DNA of 64,000 nucleotides from the NCBI GenBank assembly GCA_965637545.1, contig OZ281500.1, forward strand, positions 6,324,001 to 6,388,000, written 5' to 3'. Shown piece after piece: positions 22,341-36,000 of this stretch; the first letter of the stretch is position 1, and every line of letters starts with the position of its first letter. The position numbers and the translations under genes were made by a program. Below the pieces are notes generated by a model, which did not search any database, had not been told where the DNA came from, and saw only the letters and a program-made list of their open reading frames with translations. The DNA is from Phallusia mammillata. Taxonomy: Eukaryota.

Positions 22341-25300
22341 ATGTTGAAGAAAATTGCACTCGCCATGAAAGCTGTTATTGTCGACTTTGCCGCCAAAACA
22401 ACTTGCCACGGTTTATCGCAAGTATTGGAGCCTGGCCGAAAATACATTTCTAGGTATAAGCAAGTTGGGGCAAGTTTTAAATCCTATCTTTTTTGTTCGC
22501 TTTATGGCTATGCTTGCATTTTACTGTCTCACTGTGGAATTTACTACAACATGGTAACAACGCAATGTATATTTATGTACATATTTTCATGAACTATTTT
22601 TTACAAATATTTTAGACTCTCGGTTTTAAAATGAAACTTATTTTTTTGGAATTACCCACCTGAAACAATAAAACGCATTTAATATGCATTTTCATCCAAG
22701 ACCACCACAAACGCAAAATCTATATGACGTCAAAATTCTAACATCACTGCTTTTTTAAAGAGTCATTTGGACAATCCTCGTGCTGGGATTGGTCGGTGGA
22801 GTCACGTGGCAACTTACTTTGTCAGTTCTCGAATATGCCAAATTTGGAACCACAACAGAAATTAGCGAGGAGTATCGATCGAAGCTTGCTTTTCCCGCCG
22901 TAACCATATGCAATATTAATCGGTATTTCACGTTAAGCGTGTCTTTTTAACTGATAATCAGGCGGTTACTGAAAAAAATAGTTCTTTTTGCGCAGTAAAA
23001 ATTAAAATTGTTCGGGAGCCTATTGCATGAGGTTTTGTTCAATGATATAATGAATAGGCCTAAAAATCAAAGACGTAAGTTAAGCCGACCGTTTCGGGCC
23101 GAAATCTCACTTAAATTGGAATTAAGCGGTTTTTATTCGGGCCTGAAAGTACACTCGGCCACAATTGTGTCGTATACTTTCTCTTTGGTAAATATAAATT
23201 TCCGGACTTGAAACAAATCGCGAACGCTTGGCCCATACAGCTCTGATATTGCTAAAAACAGTCAGCAAAAATGTCAAAAACGCTTTTGCTGTACTTAAAC
23301 AAAGGTTTTGACATTTTTTAGGTTCTTTAACGTCAAAGATGAACTGGAACTGAAAACTGTCGATGCCCTAATAAGAGCCGCTTCGCCTTATAGAAACCGG
23401 TAAGCAAAATAGTGCAACAAGTAATACTAACAAGTATATTAGCTTTTAAAATTGTAAAGCCGGCCAAAGTTTATTTTTTCTTCACCCACTAAATACTGCA
23501 TTCAATTAAAGCATTTATTTATCATTCTGTCCCAACGCAGTGAGGATTAAAATCGTATTTTGTCACACCAAGAACTAAGTTACAAAGATGTTTAATGTAC
23601 GCCCTCCAAAAAGAATGACCATCATTATAAAAACACTGCACTTAAATCACAGTGTACTACAGTTCCAACATGTAGCATGAGGCGTAATGACAAACACCAG
23701 ATGCATTGTTACGTAATAGTATGACTAGATTTTGATGTTGGGTATACGAGTTTACATATAAGTCAATGTCACATTTGCTAAAGCATTTGTTTTTTCTCAG
23801 CGCTTACGACGAATGGTGGGCGGATCGTGTGAAAACGTACATTTCCAACATGAACACCCAAGGAAAGCAGCGATTCCTTCTCAGTGATGAAACATTTTCT
23901 AAAGGCTGGCTGCTAAACGACACAACCATACGCCATTGCACTTTCCAACAAAAGCCTTGCTCCATAAAGGTTATTTTTTTCAAAAAAGAAACGATGAAAA
24001 TGACATGTCTGTATATTTCTTATTTACAGAGGCAATTGCACTAAACCGTTTCCTTACATATTAGTTTAAATTTTAATAAAACAAACACAATTCAGTGAAT
24101 ATGGACAGTTTCAAAGTTTAAAGAATGAAGTTAGAGATCTACCAAATGCCATTTGTTAAGAAATCGTTTTCTTTTATCGGCCATTGGAGTCAGAATTAGC
24201 CCGTTTTATTGTTGTGTCGATAAATAATTTATCATTGAATTGTTTTAAATTTTGAATCAAATATTGAATAAAAATTCTCTTTGTCATAAAGCTAATTAAA
24301 CATTTACATGCTTACACACGAGGCTTTCTTGCATAACGAATAAACATTTCGACACTGAAAAACAAACAACATTTGACCTCAAAAATTTTCACCGCAGAAT
24401 TTTACCCGTATACTGACACCTATGGGACTGTGCTACACTTTTACATCCGACACACAGATCGTTCAAAGCGTCCCCGGCGGTGGACACGGACTGTCGGTGT
24501 ACCTCGACATAGCGCAGGTTTTATATCTTTTTAATATACAATAAACATCGGTTAAACCGGATCTTCGCCCAATTCGGACAAAACTCTGGGTACAATTGAT
24601 TTGTAATGGGATAAGGCTTCAACAAGTCGATATCGGGTAATCCGGATCTTTGCCTGGTTCAGGCAAACTGTTTAATCCACACTGGTCCGGATTAACCGTG
24701 ATTTACTGTCTGTCTTAGAAAATAAAGATTTTTAATCTATGCTTCTATACAATAAAAATATAAAGACGGGATACACGGAACATCCAGAATACGGACACCC
24801 AGATGCAGGAGTTAAACTCCACATTCACAATCATGATGACCCTCCTGATGTAGAAAACCTTGGTATGACCGTCCCTAGCGCCCACGCTGGTCATATTGTC
24901 GTAAAGAAAATCGAGGTACATGTTTACCAAATTGCATGTACAACACGTTTTTTCTTTTGTTATTAATGTCGCAACAATGAAATTTTTAGGCTTATCGTGC
25001 AATCTTCTGTTTTAAACGCTTATACATAATTTAAATAACGCTCTCTGAAAATTTAATCTAAAGGCGATGCAATAAAACAACGTTAATGACAGGATTTAAC
25101 AATACACTAAATGTATTTATCTTCTATATTTGTCCTAAAGCGTTTTTTAACTGAAATTGTAAATTGAAAAAAAAAACACCTTTAGCCTTGCACAAATATC
25201 ACCGTTTACGGTCGCCTGTCTAAACTAATGTTCACTTTTTGCGACACGATCAATGCGTTGTGTAGTAAAGTGGGAAAATATCGAACGCAGCTAATGAAGG

Positions 25301-28300
25301 AAACTTTTCATTACTTTTGCAGCGAAACCTGTTGTATCAGCCATGGGGAAGATGCGACCAAAACAACAAACAACTGAAATACCATGACCACTACAGCACT
25401 TCGGCATGCATGCGAGAATGCAGGTAGGTGTTGTTAAAAATATATTTTCTAGGGCTTGCAAGCACGTATTTTCAATGTCCGTAGGAAGGAAGGGTGTGTA
25501 AAAACAATACATCATTATTTCATTTCAACAATTTTACGTCATTAGTGCAACGGTTCTTAAACTTTTCAATCTTTTCTTCATAGCCGGCTTGTGATTTTAA
25601 GACTCCCGGTACATAAAGTCAAATGTATATTGCAGCAATATCAAGGCTTGATTTATGAGTTCAAAACGACTCCAAAGGCAGTTTGTGACATCACTAACAA
25701 GACAAAACATAAGAATTGAAAATGAAGACTGTACATTTTCTTCTGTGATTTACACTTATTCAGTATCACGATCTGACATCAATTACGATGGTATAAAGCA
25801 GAGGTGCACAACCTTTTCTCTATGACGGCCGCATCGCAGGTCCTTATTGCAACAACAGCCACCAATTGCTTGCTTGCTTTTGTTTCAAATAGGTTTATAT
25901 CATACATATACCATTTAAAGTCGCCTAAAAAAACCATATTAATTTCCAACTTGGTTCATAGATTTAGCTGAACAAATCTAACTGTTTATGACGTCATAAT
26001 CTGTATTGTGACGATTGCGGTGCCTGTTTTTTCGCATTGTTTGCACACAATTGGCGTAGAAAAAGTCTAGCGCATATGGTTACTAGGCTGGCAATCTTTT
26101 TTTCCAGTCCCACGAAATCTGTTTAGAGCAGTTTAAAGTCAAAATATTTAGCAAAATATGTTTAGTTACGTCACGGCCGTCAGTACATGTATTTCAAAAC
26201 ACGTCGTCACGGCCGCACAAACTCGTTTCCGCGGCCGTACGGTAGTTAAAGATCCATATCCATATAGTGCAGTCATTTTCGCTGTGCAAATGAATTGAAC
26301 AAAATATTTGTTTGCTCATTACATTTTGGTTTGATTACACGTGTTTTTGACTGTAAAAGCACAACATATTGGGTAAGTTTGTCAAAAACTGTTGTTACAG
26401 ATCTATGTACGTTGTTAACCAGTGCGCTTGCAAACCTTACTGGGCGGTGGAAGTCACAGATGTGCACGAGTGCGATGCCTTTGAGATTCTGCGCTGTGCC
26501 GGGGAAGCTGAAGGTGCTGATATTGGGTAGAACTACTTACGTAAGAACTCAGGTAGCCAGGTTTGGAAATTTCCGATAGGTGACGCAACCGAGCATAGGC
26601 GTCTACCGTGACAATAATTCAGCAAATTACCTACTTCACCTATCGGAAATTCCCAAACATGGCTACTGTGAGTTCTTATGTTAGTAGCTCTATTTTGTGT
26701 GTGGTGGTAAGAGGAATAACTCAATTCATTTGGTTTGAAAAAAATATATTCGATCTGATTTGACTAAAGAAAACACGAAACTTTGTTACAGACTTACAGT
26801 AACCAAAAGATTTACACTACATTTCATGGTGCAGTAGTTGCATTTTTTCTCAATATTACAGTTTCATTTGGTTTTGTTTACTCCAAAATTTTGCTTAACT
26901 TTTGACTCGAAGACCTGCATAGGATATTTTGGGCCAAATGTGTAAGTTAGTCTGGGTATAAGGCCCAAATCTGAGTTGTCTAAAAAGGTCGAACGGTAAG
27001 CCTGGTTTTAATCAAGCTATTTAGATTAAGTCTTAACTATAGAACCAGACCTACAGAGCTCGACCTATTGCATAGCTCTGTTTCGGATTATAGCAAATTT
27101 GACACTCTAGATTTCGTACCACGTACATAGTTGCGCTTCACACTTTTGAAACTTTTTCGTGTTTAATGTTTTCAGGTGTATTTACATCTACTTACACGCT
27201 ACAGAAGTGCGGGTGCAACGAGCCTTGTAATTTTACGGTTTATGACACAAAGATCAGTTACTCGACTTTTCCTAGCATCGAGGTCGGGGAAACCTTTGCC
27301 TCCGATAGGTTTTTTGATGAAAGTAAGTGACTTAGTTGTCTGTTATTAAGGTTTATATATATCTTGTAAGCGTTCCATTATTTTTAAATTAGGTTCATCG
27401 ACATTTCAATTGTAGTTTAGGCTGCAAAATCCCGCAATAAAATTATCTTGTCCTGCGGAATTATTTTTTTGTTCCGTCACAGTATACTAGATAGAACTAC
27501 TAACACCATACCTCACGGCAGACCCACGTTTAGCGAAATTTCCATATGTGGCGCAAAGAGGTAATTTTATTAATTTAGGAGCTAAAGAGGGCTATTGTGG
27601 GAAAGTTAGTTTTTTAAATATATCTACATTAAGAACTAAGTTTCAAAGTTGGTTTTATTGAATTTTTACTGATACTACTTTAACCCTATTAGCCCCAACC
27701 GTCACCATTTTTAGAGATATGTCGCTTTAAATAGGTATTTGTGCATTTTGCGCCACCTATCGAATATTTCCCGAATGTGGGTCTGCCTGTGCCGTGAGTT
27801 CTACATTTGCCCAAAAGATACTTAATTCGTTAGCTTATCTAATTTCATTGAAAACAAAATACCACTTGGTAAAGATTTATATTGAAACGTAACCTAATGC
27901 TTGAACTTTACTGCAACAGTTTTGCTTAAAAAGTGTCCAAAAACGATGTTGTTGTGCATTTAGCCCAGGTAATGATCCATACCGAAAAGGACGACCCTGG
28001 ATATAAAAAGCTTCGGAAATATCGCGAGGATCACTTGATGCTGGATATTTATTACGACTCACTCAGCTATCAAAAAACCACGCAGTCAAAACGTGTCACC
28101 GAAATCAGTTTAATGAGTAAGTTTTTTTTTTTTAATTGAACTACTTTGTCAGTTATGTTTGTATTCACATTACTTTAGCCGAACGGTTCTGGTCCGCGGT
28201 CCTTTAGACTAGGGGTTCGTGAAACAATTTTGGCGGGACCGCGAAAAGGTTGAAGTACTTCTATAATCTAAGTTGGCGTCAGTTTGTGCCACTGGATAAG

Positions 28301-29238
28301 TGCAAATCAAAGTAAAATTAAAGATGGACTGTCACCATTGCTAAGCAATAGCCACAATCGTATGTTTTTTTGTCGTGTCTGTGACGTAACCAACTGTCTT
28401 TAGGTTGTTGTTATGCGAATTTTAAATAACAGCTGTAAATTCTGCGATCAACTTTCGTTTTTCTAAAATGCACAGTCAGGCTTAAGGACCGCGAGCCCTC
28501 GGTATACTGGCAAAGAGACCGTTTAAAAAAAATACGAATAATAAATAATAAAAAAGTTTGAGAACCACTGCTTTAGTCAGTTATCATAACCAAACCAATA
28601 AACTCTCCAGACGTAAATGGGCGATACATACAAACTGATTTTGCTGTCACACAGGGTTGTGTAAATTGTATTGCCCAAAAAGTCCAGCACAAACTTGTCA
28701 AATGTCGAAAAACAGCGTTGAATTGTTAATTGTCGCTTATGTGATATTATTTCGCTAACAAACTTGCCTCAACGTAGGTGACGTCGGTGGTCTGCTGGGA
28801 CTGTGGCTGGGTATAAGCTTTGTGACGATTAGCGAGTTTCTTCAACTCATCGTTCAACTGATAGTGGAATGGTGGCGACTTCGAACCGTAATTTTGCCTG
28901 CGGTAAGTTGCAATCATCGTGGTCAAGTAGCCTACTTGGCTTATGTAATTTTTGCTTGTACCTTTTTGTAGCTAATCATTTTTCTTTTTTTAATGTTTTG
29001 CACCAAATTAGGTTTGGTCGCTAAGTTACAACTTGATGAGGCCTACTTGTAAACTTACAAATGCTCGAACTTTTTCACTCAGTTGCGTCGGTGGCAATCG
29101 ACCGCCCTTTTCCGAAAACGGTCCGAGGTCGGAGCACATGGGGCAGCGCCTGAGATGTGGAGAAGAGCCAGTCAACAAGCAACAGCTGCTAGGAAAAATA
29201 CAGATAGAAATGCGGTGTTTGTGATACCTATGGACTGA
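22341..29238 (+). CDS. DEG/ENaC-family Na+ channel subunit, ASIC/BASIC-like (paralogue B), 11-12 exons, ~499-528 aa
   Basis: Exons 22341-22453, 22761-22922, 23322-23399, 23801-23969, 24398-24517, 24766-24915, 25323-25423, 26401-26513, 27176-27322, 27964-28116, 28778-28902, plus a probable terminal exon 29083-29238 (read-through would stop at 28971). Internal exon lengths match paralogue A (162, 78, 169, 120, 150, 101, 113, 147). Motifs: [16 protein letters not shown], 14 Cys, [23 protein letters not shown]. The last exon is less certain than the rest. Confidence 0.9.
24539..24708. mobile_element. Tc1/mariner(pogo)-like MITE in channel B intron 5
   Basis: Ends CAATAAACATCGGTTAA...TTAACCGTGATTTACTG, TA on the left flank; homologous to 41658-41820. 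Confidence 0.65.
25799..26245. mobile_element. Truncated hAT MITE (CAGAGGTGCACAACC end)
   Basis: Left TIR and subterminal ACGGCCGC repeats at both ends; right TIR missing. Confidence 0.45.
27512..27798. mobile_element. MITE-like inverted-repeat element in channel B intron 9
   Basis: Arms CTCACGGCAGACCCAC...GTGGCGCAAA and TTTGCGCCAC...GTGGGTCTGCC(TG)TGCCGTGAG, ~45 bp imperfect; no clear TSD. Confidence 0.6.
28181..28570. mobile_element. Buster-type hAT MITE with degenerate left end
   Basis: Right TIR TTTGAGAACCACTG; GGTCCGCG/GGACCGCG subterminal motifs; TSD CTTTAGCC/CTTTAGTC. Confidence 0.65.
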
Positions 29239-30024
29239 CGTTGCTTTAATATTTATTTCCTGTGTTTTGTTTATGCCCCCTTTTGTATTTTATTCATGAA
29301 ATATTGGTAGGCCTATTGGGCAAGCCTGGATTGGTATGGGGCTTTTCGGAAGGCCCGATCTATGTCTTTATGTCCCTTTAGTTTTCACAGTAAATTGTTT
29401 CTTTTGCACAAAAATGTTTTTCCGTTTGATACGTTTTTCTTCTCAGTTTTTGCTTAACTTGTTCTAAATTTGTTCGATCCATTTTAAAATTGAATAAACC
29501 GACAGCAATAATCACTGCACAAATAACTTGTATGGCTTTAATCTAATATCGAATCGAGGCTTAAACTTTGCCGTAATATCACAAGACTAACAAAACAGAT
29601 GGCAATTTTTGTTTGTGGCAAATAAAAGCTTTCTGGTTGTTTAGGCCTATATAGCGACTAACGTAGGCATGGGAAAAAGCTGATCAAATCGACCCTAGTG
29701 GTGATCAAAAAGCATTGTAGGCTAGTTTGTGAAGAAAATGACTTCGAAAAGCTAAGAACAAAAAAAGAACGGTGTGTATGAAGTGCAAATTAGTTTGTAA
29801 AAAGATTTGATGGTAAATGGTAAAATTCATTACCACACAAAGGTTAGAAACCTGTGCTTTTGCAGTTTGCACTATGCTACTACTGCTAGCGGCAAATTAA
29901 TTCCCATAGCTGGCGCCAGAGCTGACTTTCTGACTGCACAGTGTACAGTGTTGCTGCGCAGTGGAGAACGTTATTTCCATGAAAGTTATCTGTTGTGATT
30001 ATTTTTTGCCTGTAATTTACAAAA

Positions 30025-33000
30025 ATGGATAGTCCTGCGCCGAAAGTTGGTTCAAGGGTTGAAATTGTGGGAAAGAATCTACGTGGCGAAGTTTCGTACA
30101 TTGGCAGCACAATGTTTGCAAGGTATGCTTTTTTTTATCACGAATATCTGAATTTTCTCGAACTGTTTGTGTTAAATACCTTGGTTAATATTGCATGGAA
30201 AAAATTGTGTGATTTTAAAAGACTTAAATGTGTTTTTGTCTTATCGAGAAAAGCAAAAAAAATCTGGCAATGTGGATAGTTTTTGTGCTCAACAAATACT
30301 TCATAATGGCACATATACAGAGTCGTAAAGCCTAAGCTTGAGAACTGTTATGAAAAGTCTTTAGGGTGGTTCCACGTTTCTATTTTTTGTTTTATTGTAA
30401 GGTTTCAAAAAACAGCTATTAGCTTAAAAAAGTGCAGAACCATATCAATACTTAACCCCCTAGCTCTAGCTTCCAAATCTGCTGTACATAATTCGCAAAC
30501 TACTTTTTGGTAGTTTTTGTACTGTCCTCTAAATACAAACTACTTAGGTAAAGCTTAGGTAAGTTTTCCAGTTTAAATTCCAACCAAACAAAAAAGATAT
30601 ATATATTCTTTACTTTTAGTGGAAAATGGATTGGAGTCACTCTGGATGATGGCGTTGGAAAGAATGATGGGACAGTACAAGGAAAAAGATATTTTACCTG
30701 CCCACCAAACTATGGTTAGTTATTTTTTGTATTGTTGGTAATAAACAAATAAAACCAATGTATGGGCTGTTTATGAACACCTCAATTTATTTCGTTGTGT
30801 CTAGGTGTCTTTGTTCGTCCAGGACAAGTACAAGTGATGGAAAATAAATCCACTCCTCCTCAGTTAAAACATGGTTAGTCACATTTTCGATTTTGTGAAT
30901 ATAGTTTTTAGGTCTTTAATTTACATGCTATTACTTACATTGTAAATAATCAACATATTTTCAATGACAATTATTTAAAAATGTACCGGTTACATTTGAA
31001 AATATAATGACTGATACTTAATACTGTACATTTAATTTATGAATTACCTGCAACTCAGTGCAAAGTAATTCAGAATGCTCACACTGTGGAACAAATAAGC
31101 AAGATACAGATCATCTTGTCCTAGCATGCCCTTTAACCAAATAACAAGGTGGTTAGCGGACAGTGCATGAATGTGATAGAGCATTCACTGACTGGTTTCA
31201 AAAAATATCCTATTACATCTATTTTTTTAGGACATGGAAATCATACAATACATATAGTGGAAAGTAATACTGTAGTAAACTAGAAGTATGCAGAACAACC
31301 CCCAGTAGTTTCCATTGACAGAAACACTAATGTTTGCGGATTAAATAAAGTGAATGTTTTTATCTGTAGATGAAGGAAAGCAACAAACAAGGTCTGCTAG
31401 TCCCACAAGACAGTCACGTCTTCAAACTCCATCTTCGATGCAGAAACCACGGTCAAGCCAGTCACGACTTTCCATGGGTCAACCACAACAAGCTCCACAA
31501 CCTGTAGCTGAGGTAAAACCACAACCTGTTGTGGAAAGTCCACCAGAACCAGCACCTCCACAAGCTGTGGAACAACCTGTCTCAATGTAAGTGTATTACT
31601 TGTACTGCAGCCATAGGCGTCGATTTAGGGGTGACCGGGGTGACATGTCTCCCCTCCTGAAAAAACAGGGGTGACAACATATGTATTGTCTCCCCTGTTT
31701 TTGTTTGAAATAAAGTATTGTCAGAAAGACCACATACACGTCTATACCGTGAAGTAGTTGAAACCGGCTGTTTGTAAGATTGAAGGTCACAATCAATGAC
31801 AAACGCAAGTGTCTCGTGGTTTGTTACGTAACGTAACAATGGTTGCAGTAACAATCGGCATTGTTATGTGATTGTTTTATTCCCAGTACTGGCTGGTTGT
31901 TCAAGTATCTTATATTTGCTTTATGTTAACTGCAGGAATGACTAGTCAAACAAATATTATAGGCATTTTTGCAGCCAAAACGCAAGCAACCCTCGAATAA
32001 GACGTTGCCAGTTTAATGTTGAGTTGTTTAAAAATCGTCACATACAATGTAAATGAACATCTTGAACAATGTTTACTTAATTCCTGTGGCAACTTCACTA
32101 TCTGTCTGTGCGGAAGTTTGCTATATCTGCAAACTTTGTTTCGTTTGTTTAACCCAGGGGTCACCAAACTACGGCCCAAATTTTTTGGATTCATAGGATT
32201 ACAACGCCCAAAATAGACCACAACCAATTTGTTACGTCACAGACGAGACTACAAGTGTTAATTGTGCGCGAACAATTGCATTCTTTTGTTACTTGTGACG
32301 TAATATACGAGCATTGCTCGTTAGTTGATGCTAACTATACAATTTAACTGTCGGATCACCAGATCACCAGATTTTAAATGGGATTGTAGAAAGACCATAT
32401 TTTGGCCCACCTATGAAAATCGCATCGCGGGCTAAGTATGGAAAGACGGCGCTAGAACATGTTAACTATGCGGCTCGCGCGAATCGTTATTAAAGTTATC
32501 CGGCCCGCAGTGTAAAACGTTTAGTGGCCCCTGGTTTAACCGAATAAGGGTCATAACTTAGATCGTGCGCTCGCCAGGACAACGGAGCAGTTAACGCAAC
32601 TGCATTGTGTTCCTAAGATTGTGGGTTTGAACGGCTGATGGATGTTTCCAAAACATGGAAAGGTCTCCCCTAAAATTTTGCAAATAATTAAAAAATCGAC
32701 GCCTATGACTGCAGCCATTAGTTACTTTGTACTGCTCAAACCTATCTGGTGCTATTCGTTATCTAATTGATTATTCTGGGATGGCACTAAACTGGACATG
32801 GTAAATCCTACATGAGTCTAGATCAGGGGTGGCCAAACTTTTTTACCAGAGGGCCAAATTTGCAACTGTTTTGCCACTGGAGGGCCGGATTAAATAAGAT
32901 TTACGTAAAATTTGTCGTAACTGGTTGCCGTTAGCTACTTACGTCATGGTTGGCAGACTGTTGTAAAAATAAAACTGCAAGGGCATTTATTCTAAAAATA

Positions 33001-36000
33001 ACAACGCTTGCCACAAGCTACTGCTAGTAGCAGCCAGCGCTGTTGCACTGCTTGTTCACAGTGGTAAACATGGTGCTTGAAAAAAAACCAGGCAAGGTGT
33101 TTGGCGGGCCGGATGAAAAAGGACTGTGGGCCGGATGCGGCCCGCGGGCCGTAGTTTGGCCACCACTGGTCTAGATTATATTTTAATTTGAACACAAACT
33201 CATGCCCCTAACCAAATAACCCTAACTGACAGCACTTTTATGTGTGCAAAAATATAATGTGTTCACTAGGTGTATTTCTGTTTAATAAACCTGTATTACC
33301 ATGTGGTCATATGCACTGATTATTCTTTGCAACCTTTTTGTCATTAGGTCTTCAATGAGCTTGGCTCCAGGAATTTCCCTTGTGGAAATTGATTCACTGA
33401 AAGGTCAAATAAAAGAATGGAGGGAAAAATACGAAACTATCAGAATTAAGCGACAGGTAATGGTTCTAGTAATACCTGATTAAACACAAGAATGAATGAA
33501 AGCATGTAGAAAAATTAACTGAATACAAGTAGGGTACTGGTGCCATCATAATACTTATGTACAGTTTTACTTGTTTCCTTACAGGATGATCGAGCAAAAC
33601 TAAAGGAATATGAAAAGATGAAAATACAAAATCAGCATTTAACTGATACCAAGACAAGACTTTCTGAACAAATTCAGGATCAGGCCAAACAGCTCCGTGA
33701 ATCTAAAAAGGTGCTACATTTTGTCAGAATCAATTTGTTTTTAAATCATTAATCCCTAATTCATTATTGATATGTGATAAAATTATACATTAAATATTGT
33801 CTTTTGGTTAATATTGTTCTCTGTGATAGGAGTTGCAAGATGCTGTTGAATCCAAGGAGCGGTATGTGGAAGAAATGTCTGATGTCCATGAAACTGTGGA
33901 GATGGCAACACTGGATAAGGAAATGGCTGAAGAAAAAGCAGACATCCTCCAGAAAGAGGTCAATTTTCCAAAACTAACAACACCCTTAACCTCACATGTG
34001 TACTTTTTGTCATGATAATGTTTACAAATCAAACTTGTTTAGGTCGAAATGCTGAATGACAAAGTGGAGGAATTGCAAACTGACTTGGAAATCATCAAAG
34101 CTGAGATGGAGGACAAGGGGGAAGATGGGGCTGTTACAAGTTACCAGGTTAAACAACTGGAAGAGCAAAACTCAAGATTAAAGGAAGCCCTTGTCAGGTA
34201 ACCCAGCAATAAAGCGTTTTTGGCCTGTTGCATTATCAAAAAAGTTAGTTTACTAGATTTTCGCCCATCATTGTTTCTTAGAAACTGGGAAGTTTTATTT
34301 AACAAACTTAATGATCCAAATAGTCAGGCGTGGTTTATCTTCAAGGTAAACAAAGTATTTCCATGCATAATTCTGTGGGATGTAAGCACAAGATTTGTTT
34401 AAGCCAAACACAGCACCAGTTACAATATAGTGTAAGAAGTCATTGACACAATCTACAAAACTAAGGCATTTAAATAAATTTTCCTGTGTAGAATGAGGGA
34501 TCTCTCGAGTGCTGAAAAAGCTGAATATCAAAGTCTTGAAAAACAACTGGAAAAGAAGAAAAAAGAACTAACAGAAGTAACACAGAAAAAAGACAAGGCT
34601 CTGGAGCGACTGGAAGTGGTACAACTGTTTTTCTGTTATGTTTGACATTAAACAGATTTTTTTTAAGATTACCAGAAAGTGGTGCAAATGTTTCTGTGTT
34701 GTGTTGCATTAAAAAGGAACATTTGAATAATGTTAAAAAAAATTTTTTTTAAATGCTAAAATCATTGCAAGCATGATCCTAAAAAATGCATACACTTCTA
34801 CCTAAATCGCAAAAGTGTTTCATCAAATACAAGGAGTTGAAAACTAGTGATACATAAAATTTGTCAAGTTTGATTCAACCTGAAAATGATCAAACAGCAG
34901 TTTTCTAAAATGTTAATATTGAAAATTTTCAATTTTAGGCTGAAGTGACAGTGGATGAGCTGAAGGAACAAGTGGATGCTTCATTGGCTGCTGAAGAAAT
35001 GGTTGAGAGTTTGACAGATAAGACATTGCAACAAGAGGAAAAGCTGATGGATATGGAGGAACAGATTCATGACTTGGTTTGTTTTTACCTATTAACCCAA
35101 AACCATGACAATTTTTTATCACAAATTTCTAGACCTACAATTAAGTTTTTTATTGTGTTGTTTTGGAGACCTCTATAACAGTAGAAAAATAGGATAATTA
35201 AAGTTGATGATTATTTTCGACATATAATTAATGTTTGGTGTGGGGTAAGATTGATGTAGATAAAAAAAAATTTAAGACACCTTAGTTAACTATCCATTTG
35301 CTAAAGCCAGTGTTTCTCAACCAAACTAAGTCCTAGTATTTTTGCTGAACCATAACTTTCACTGCGCTTAACAGAAATGCAAAATAATGAAATTGTACAG
35401 GGTTTATGTCATAAAGTGGTCAAGAACATATAACTTTTGGCACACTCATGGAGTCTGCTGACTCAGGGTTGAAAACAGTGGCTTTGTCTGACAGAACTTG
35501 ACTTGAAATTTAACTGTGTTATTTGTAGGAAGCAATTAATGAGATGAACGAAGAGCTGCAGGAGAATGCTCGTGAAACTGAACTGGAATTGCGAGAGGAG
35601 GTCGACTTGATGAGAGCCAAAGCTAGAGAAGCACAACGACAAACTGAAGCAGCTAATGAAGCTGTGGGCGACTACCAGGTAAATTTATAACCAGTGCATA
35701 TTAGTGCATTACACTGTGTTCAAGGACAGAGGCATTATTATTTACCAGAACAAAGGTAGTTCTGGAAAATTTTGTTCCTCCATCATGTTGAATTGTAAGG
35801 AATTTAAGGTTCAACTTTTTTTTATGCAGACATTTTACATACACATGGCCCAAACATTACTTAAAACTAAACAGACCAACCATAGTTAGTCGGTTAAAAT
35901 CGTAAAGCCCTTCTTGCGTAGCATGGGCTTTTTTCTTTACCATAGGTTCTTCTTTTTTGGACTGAAAACTGTAAAATAAAGATGTTAGATTGTGCTTGCT

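Noticed and set aside
26514-26546. Alternative in-frame donor (gtaaga at 26541) in channel B mirroring the GC/GT pair in A
   Set aside because: The extension contains an in-frame TAG.
11165-29238. Naming the channels ASIC1/ASIC5 or SCNN1
   Set aside because: They lack the ASIC His and GAS signatures and the long ENaC finger and PY motif; orthology needs a phylogeny, so no symbol is given.
29238-30025. Channel B and DCTN1 as an operon
   Set aside because: About 790 bp separate the stop and start codons, with promoter-like sequence between; no direct evidence of a trans-splice acceptor at the junction, and the functions are unrelated.
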